Positions 58,956 to 64,000 of a stretch of DNA of 64,000 nt are shown here, piece by piece. Source of the DNA: Terriglobia bacterium (GTDB lineage: Bacteria; Acidobacteriota; Terriglobia; 20CM-2-55-15); NCBI GenBank assembly GCA_965218585.1, contig CBDCLE010000005.1, positions 64,001 through 128,000 of the forward strand, written 5' to 3'. A program made the translations under genes and the position numbers. How positions within the stretch are numbered: position 1 is the first letter of the stretch; each line of letters opens with the position of its first letter. The notes below the pieces were generated by a model that saw only the letters and a program-made list of their open reading frames with translations, had not been told where the DNA came from and did no database searches.

Positions 58956-61900
58956 CTACTGCACCTTACAGTATCCGGGCCGCAAATCTCTTCGACAAAA
59001 TGGACGAACTCCTCATCGGGGAAGACCTTCAGGTACGGATTGGGGCGGACAAACGCTGTGTACTGATCCGGGTAGCGGATTTCGAAGATGATTTCAGCCT
59101 GGCCGGTCTTTTTCTCGATCATGGGAAGGAGTTGCTGGGCCAGATCGGGCGGTGCCATTGAACCGTCGATAGTCACGGTGACCGTAGTGCTGAGCCGTTC
59201 AAGAGCGCGCTCGATCGGCAATATATCTGTGGCCAGGATACGCGTTGCGGACTCATCGCTATCGAGTTTTCCCTGGACGATGACAGGATTGTCGGCCGTA
59301 AGTATCTCCTGTGTTTTCTCGAGCGTGTCCGGAAATACGAGGACCTCGACAACTCCTTCGAGGTCTTCCAACCCGATCACGCCCATGCGGTTTCCCTTCT
59401 TGGTCCGCATCGTGCGGGTATGGGCAATAACGCCGCCGATAACGATTTCCGATCCTGGGGCCTTCTCCGACAGTGTGCTGGTCGTGGCATTGGCATATGA
59501 CGCGATCTGGGTCAGATGCTTCCGAATAGGATGACCGGTGATATAGAAGCCCAGTGTTTCTTTTTCGTGGACCAGTTTCAGTGCTTCTGGCCAGGCATCG
59601 GCTGGCGTCAACATGGACGCATCGGACTCGTCGTCACCGGCGACGGCAAAAAGACCACCCTGCCCAACCTCGACCTCGTGTTGTTTCTTCTGTCCCCATT
59701 CGATGACACGGTCGATGCTGTTGTAGAGCGAAGAACGATCCAGCCCCAGACTGTCGAAGGCGCCCGCTTTGATGAGGCTTTCCATGACGCGCTTGTTCAC
59801 GGTCCTCAAATCGACACGCTCTGAAAAGTCGAAGACAGACCTGAACGGCTTCCGCTCTGCGATGGATCCAATGGCTGTTTCTCCCACGTTCTTGATCGCG
59901 GCCAGTCCAAACCGGATGCCGTCGGGGGCCGGAGTAAAGTTGACGTCGCTCGTGTTGATGTCCGGAGGAAGGATGGAGATGTTCATCTCGCGGCATTCGT
60001 TGATGTACTTAACGATCTTGTCTGTGTTCCCGCGCTCACTGGTGAGGACGGCAGCCATGAAATAGTTGGGGTAATGGGACTTGAGATATCCCGTCCGGTA
60101 GGCCAACACCGCATACGCGGCCGAATGGGATTTGTTGAACCCATATCCGGCGAACTGCTCCATCAGGTCGAATATCTTGACGATCTTCTTGGTGTTGTCG
60201 AAGCCCTTCGCCTTGGCGCCTTCGAGAAACTTTTGCCGATGGGCAGCCATTTCCTCAGTCTTTTTCTTGCCCATGGCCCGGCGCAGCAGATCAGCCTCAC
60301 CCAACGAGTATCCGGCAAGGACGTTGGCGATCTGCATGACCTGTTCCTGGTAGACGATCACACCGTAGGTTTCCTCCAGGATGAACTTGAGCTCGGGAAG
60401 CAGGTATTCGATCTTCTTGGTTCCGTGTTTCCGTTTGATGAAGTCATCGATCATGCCCCCGCCGATCGGTCCCGGGCGGTAAAGGGCGTTGAGGGCCGTC
60501 AGGTGTTCGATGCTCGAGGGTTTGAAGCGTCTGAGAATGTCCTTCATTCCGGAGCTTTCAAACTGAAAAACACCGCTGGTCAGTCCGTTCGAGAATAGTT
60601 CGTACGTCTTTTCATCGTCGAGTGTGACCGCGTCGATGTCGATATCGACAGACTCCATGGAGCGGAGCATTTTGATCGTATCGTCGATAACCGTCAGGGT
60701 CGTCAAGGCTAGAAAATCCATCTTCAACAGCCCGACTTTCTCGACGTCGGTCATCGGATACATGGTCATGATCTCGTCTTTGCTCGACTTGTAGAGCGGA
60801 ACAAGATCGGTGAGTGGTCTGGGAGAAATAACTACTCCGGCGGCATGCATGGACGCATGGCGGGCCAGACCTTCGAGTTTTTGGGCGACGTCGACGATGT
60901 CTCTGACGCGCTCGTCGCGTTCAACCAACGCCTTGAAATCCTTGTTCTGTGCCAGAGCCTTGTCCAGCGTGATGTTGAGTTCCGCCGGGATCATTTTGGC
61001 CAGCCGGTCCACCTCGGAGTAGGGCATCTGCATGCCCCGCCCCGTATCCCGGATGACACCCCTCGCGGCCATGGTTCCGAACGTAATGATCTGCGAAACA
61101 TTTTCCCGTCCGTACTTGCGGGTCACGTAATCGATGACGTCAGCCCTGCGGTTCATGCAGAAGTCTATGTCGATGTCGGGCAGGGTCACTCGTTCCGGGT
61201 TCAGGAAGCGTTCGAAGAGCAGTCCATACTGAAGTGGATCGAGGTCGGTAATCCGCATGCAGTAGGACACCAGACTCCCCGCAGCGGATCCGCGTCCCGG
61301 GCCTACCGGAATGTCGTTTTCGCGCGAGTACCGAATCAGATCCCAGACAATGAGAAAATAACCGGAGTACCGCATGCCCTGAATGATCGAGATTTCATCC
61401 TGGAGCCTCTGTTCATATTCTTCGATCGGGTACTTCAGTTCTCCGGAATCTGCCAGTGGTTTTAGGTGTTCCAGGCGCTGGGCGAACCCATCCTCGACAA
61501 CTTTTTCGAAATACGAATCGACAGTGAACCCTGGCGGAACTGCAAAGTCCGGAAAAGGATTGTCGATGGGCTGGAGGTCCAGGTCGCAGCGCGCGGCGAT
61601 CTCTCCGGTCCGTGTCAACAACTCCGGATAATCGCCGAAAACAGCGGCCATTTCATCGTGAGACTTGAAGTAGAACTGGTCGGTGTAGAACTTCATCCGA
61701 TTAGGATCGTTGACTGATTTTCCCGTCTGGATGCAGAGCAATACGTCGTGCGCCCGGGAATCTTCCTGGCACATGTAATGACAGTCGTTCGTCGCGACGG
61801 CTGGAATCCCTGTCCGGTCGGCCATGCGCAACATGTCGGGAATGATCTGCCGCTGCTTGGCCAGTCCCTGGTCCTGGACTTCGAGGAAGAAACGATCAGG

Positions 61901-62398
61901 GCCGAATATGTCGCGTAGTTCGCCGGCGGCCTCTTCGGCCACGTCGTATTGATTTAGGAGCAGGTTGGCCGAGACCTCGCCATTCAGGCAACCGGAAAGA
62001 CCAATCAATCCTTCGCTGTGGGCGGCCAGGACCTCTTTGTCGATTCGGGGTTTGTAGTAAAACCCTTCCAGGTACCCCGTGGACACGAGCTTGATCAGAT
62101 TCTGATAACCGCGGAGGTTCTCGCAGAGCAGAATAAGATGGTGCGGGCGTGCGGTGCGTGGATCCCGATCATGACGCGAGGTCTTGGAAACATACATTTC
62201 GCAGCCAATGATGGGCTTGATTCCTTTCTTTCGCGCAGCCTCGTAGAACCCAACAGCCCCAAAGAGATTGCCGTGGTCGGTCACGGCGACGGCCGGCATG
62301 CCGTAATCGGCCGCCATCGTGGTCAGTTGGTCGTGATCACAGGCCCCATCGAGCAGGCTGAAGCCCGAGTGCAGGTGGAGATGTACAAAATCCGACAT
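58952..62398 (-). CDS. dnaE: DNA polymerase III alpha subunit
   Basis: HLHLHS.FSLLDG PHP domain, GPGRGSAAGS, PDIDIDF, KMDFL, YGFNKSH. No intein evident. Confidence 0.97.
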   Translation of the reverse strand: MSDFVHLHLHSGFSLLDGACDHDQLTTMAADYGMPAVAVTDHGNLFGAVGFYEAARKKGIKPIIGCEMYVSKTSRHDRDPRTARPHHLILLCENLRGYQNLIKLVSTGYLEGFYYKPRIDKEVLAAHSEGLIGLSGCLNGEVSANLLLNQYDVAEEAAGELRDIFGPDRFFLEVQDQGLAKQRQIIPDMLRMADRTGIPAVATNDCHYMCQEDSRAHDVLLCIQTGKSVNDPNRMKFYTDQFYFKSHDEMAAVFGDYPELLTRTGEIAARCDLDLQPIDNPFPDFAVPPGFTVDSYFEKVVEDGFAQRLEHLKPLADSGELKYPIEEYEQRLQDEISIIQGMRYSGYFLIVWDLIRYSRENDIPVGPGRGSAAGSLVSYCMRITDLDPLQYGLLFERFLNPERVTLPDIDIDFCMNRRADVIDYVTRKYGRENVSQIITFGTMAARGVIRDTGRGMQMPYSEVDRLAKMIPAELNITLDKALAQNKDFKALVERDERVRDIVDVAQKLEGLARHASMHAAGVVISPRPLTDLVPLYKSSKDEIMTMYPMTDVEKVGLLKMDFLALTTLTVIDDTIKMLRSMESVDIDIDAVTLDDEKTYELFSNGLTSGVFQFESSGMKDILRRFKPSSIEHLTALNALYRPGPIGGGMIDDFIKRKHGTKKIEYLLPELKFILEETYGVIVYQEQVMQIANVLAGYSLGEADLLRRAMGKKKTEEMAAHRQKFLEGAKAKGFDNTKKIVKIFDLMEQFAGYGFNKSHSAAYAVLAYRTGYLKSHYPNYFMAAVLTSERGNTDKIVKYINECREMNISILPPDINTSDVNFTPAPDGIRFGLAAIKNVGETAIGSIAERKPFRSVFDFSERVDLRTVNKRVMESLIKAGAFDSLGLDRSSLYNSIDRVIEWGQKKQHEVEVGQGGLFAVAGDDESDASMLTPADAWPEALKLVHEKETLGFYITGHPIRKHLTQIASYANATTSTLSEKAPGSEIVIGGVIAHTRTMRTKKGNRMGVIGLEDLEGVVEVLVFPDTLEKTQEILTADNPVIVQGKLDSDESATRILATDILPIERALERLSTTVTVTIDGSMAPPDLAQQLLPMIEKKTGQAEIIFEIRYPDQYTAFVRPNPYLKVFPDEEFVHFVEEICGPDTVRCSR

Positions 62399-62411
62399 TA
62401 AGAAAAATCTA

Positions 62412-62491
62412 AACCGAGAGGCGCAGAGACGCAGAGGCCGCAACAAGAATAAAAAGGAACTGCGTTCTCTGCGTCTCTGCGTCTCTCGGTT
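62412..62491. repeat. 25-bp inverted repeat built from gacgcaga octamers (REP-like)
   Basis: aaccgagaggcgcagagacgcagag / ctctgcgtctctgcgtctctcggtt, 24/25. Confidence 0.85.
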
Positions 62492-62518
62492 CGGTTCGAA
62501 CGATCACGATTCAATTCG

Positions 62519-64000
62519 TTATTCCCATTCAATTGTTGCCGGCGGTTTGGAGGTGATATCATAGACAACCCTGTTAACGCCGCGCACTTCGTTGACGATT
62601 CGGTTAGCGATCGTTCCCAGCAGATCGTAAGGAAGCCGCACCCAATCTGCCGTCATACCATCTGTGCTCGAAACAGCTCGGATCGCGACCGTGTATTCAT
62701 AGGTTCTGGAATCCCCCATAACGCCAACGCTCTTGACTGGGAGCAGAACTGCGAACGATTGCCATATTTCCCGATACAGACCTGCGGCCTTTATTTCGCT
62801 GACCAGGATATCGTCGGCCTCCTGCAGGATCCGAATGTTCTCGGGCGTTACTTCACCCATGATGCGGATTGCCAGCCCGGGCCCGGGGAATGGTTGCCGC
62901 CAGACCATTTCCTCCGGCAGGTCGAGCTCTGATCCCATCGCGCGCACCTCGTCCTTGAAGAGTTCCCTCAGGGGTTCGATGAGTTTCAAATCCATCTTTT
63001 CAGGCAGTCCCCCGACATTATGATGGGATTTAATCGTAGCGGAGGGTCCGCGCACCGATACGGATTCGATAACATCCGGGTATAAGGTCCCCTGCACCAG
63101 AAAGTCGACCGACCCCAGCTCCCGGGCCTCTTCCTCGAAAATGCGAATAAATTCGTTTCCGATGATCTTTCGTTTCTTTTCAGGATCTACGATCCCCCCA
63201 AGCAGATTCAAGAATCGCTCAGATGCATCGACACCGTGCACATTCAGGTGCAGGTTGTTTCGAAGCATCTCAAGAACTTTTCGAAACTCATCCTTTCGGA
63301 GAAATCCGGTGTTGACGAAAATACCCACCAGGCGGTCGCCGATGGCCCGTGCGACGATCGAAGCGGCGACGGTTGAGTCCACACCCCCGCTTATCGCGCA
63401 AATGACGCGTCCGTCGCCGACCCGTTCGCGGACACGGGAAACTTCTTCCTCGAGAAACGAGCCCAGGGACCAGCTTCCCGAGCAGCCGCAGATATCAAAC
63501 ACGAAACGGCGCAGCAACTCCGTGCCGTTTTCGGTATGCACGACTTCAGGATGGAATTGGACACCGAAAATCTTCCTTTCCACAGATTCCATCGCGGCCA
63601 TAGTCGCATCGCTTCTGGCGGTAACCTTAAACCCCGGTGGAGGCTCCAGAATGCGGTCTGCGTGGCTCATCCAGACTTTCTGAAGACCGTTCAGAAGAGC
63701 CGAGGACGCAACCTTCGTAAGGGTCCCATGGCCATACTCTCTGGCATCATCCGGCTCGATCCGTCCACCGAGATCCTTGGCGATGAGCTGCATTCCGTAG
63801 CACACGCCGAGAACAGGTATTTCCATTTCGAAAAGTGCCGGATCGAGGGACGGTGCATCGTCCTCATAGACCGAGCTGGGTCCGCCGGAAAGAATGATTC
63901 CTTTGGGGTTACGTTTGCGAAGTTCTTCGATAGGCGTATAGAACGGGAGGATTTCCGAATAGACATGCGTCTCGCGTATCCGTCGACCGATCAGCTGTGT
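62519..64000 (-). CDS. guaA: GMP synthase (5' truncated by window edge)
   Basis: [38 protein letters not shown]. Frame is open to 64000. Confidence 0.97.
   Translation of the reverse strand, partial: TQLIGRRIRETHVYSEILPFYTPIEELRKRNPKGIILSGGPSSVYEDDAPSLDPALFEMEIPVLGVCYGMQLIAKDLGGRIEPDDAREYGHGTLTKVASSALLNGLQKVWMSHADRILEPPPGFKVTARSDATMAAMESVERKIFGVQFHPEVVHTENGTELLRRFVFDICGCSGSWSLGSFLEEEVSRVRERVGDGRVICAISGGVDSTVAASIVARAIGDRLVGIFVNTGFLRKDEFRKVLEMLRNNLHLNVHGVDASERFLNLLGGIVDPEKKRKIIGNEFIRIFEEEARELGSVDFLVQGTLYPDVIESVSVRGPSATIKSHHNVGGLPEKMDLKLIEPLRELFKDEVRAMGSELDLPEEMVWRQPFPGPGLAIRIMGEVTPENIRILQEADDILVSEIKAAGLYREIWQSFAVLLPVKSVGVMGDSRTYEYTVAIRAVSSTDGMTADWVRLPYDLLGTIANRIVNEVRGVNRVVYDITSKPPATIEWE

Overview
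GC-rich bacterial chromosomal window, probably Acidobacteriota (inferred from gene content and the layout of the pilus/T2SS genes). 1-22 kb holds mixed housekeeping and envelope genes: an AddA/UvrD C-terminus, transporters, dusB, an EAL-HDOD protein, a tRNA-Sec, HU and an NAD-IDH-like gene. Several distinct families of short REP/MITE-like palindromes sit between them. 22-54.7 kb is a type IV pilus/T2SS-like locus: pilMNO(P), pilB, pilC, lolA and two tandem pilins on one side, pilR-pilS-pilC-pilB' on the other. These two blocks enclose a ~19 kb glycan island with two O-antigen-ligase/TPR proteins, gmd, a DegT aminotransferase, methyltransferases, wzm/wzt, a WecA-like transferase and several GTs. 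Sigma54-type promoters lie in front of both the pilin and the sugar operon. A 32-bp inverted repeat brackets a 6-kb block of the island. The second pilB is truncated by an IS1380 and an IS1182 stacked at a shared CTAG, with its 5' part deleted. The window ends with accA, dnaE and a partial guaA. All calls come from reading the sequence and motifs; no database searches were run.
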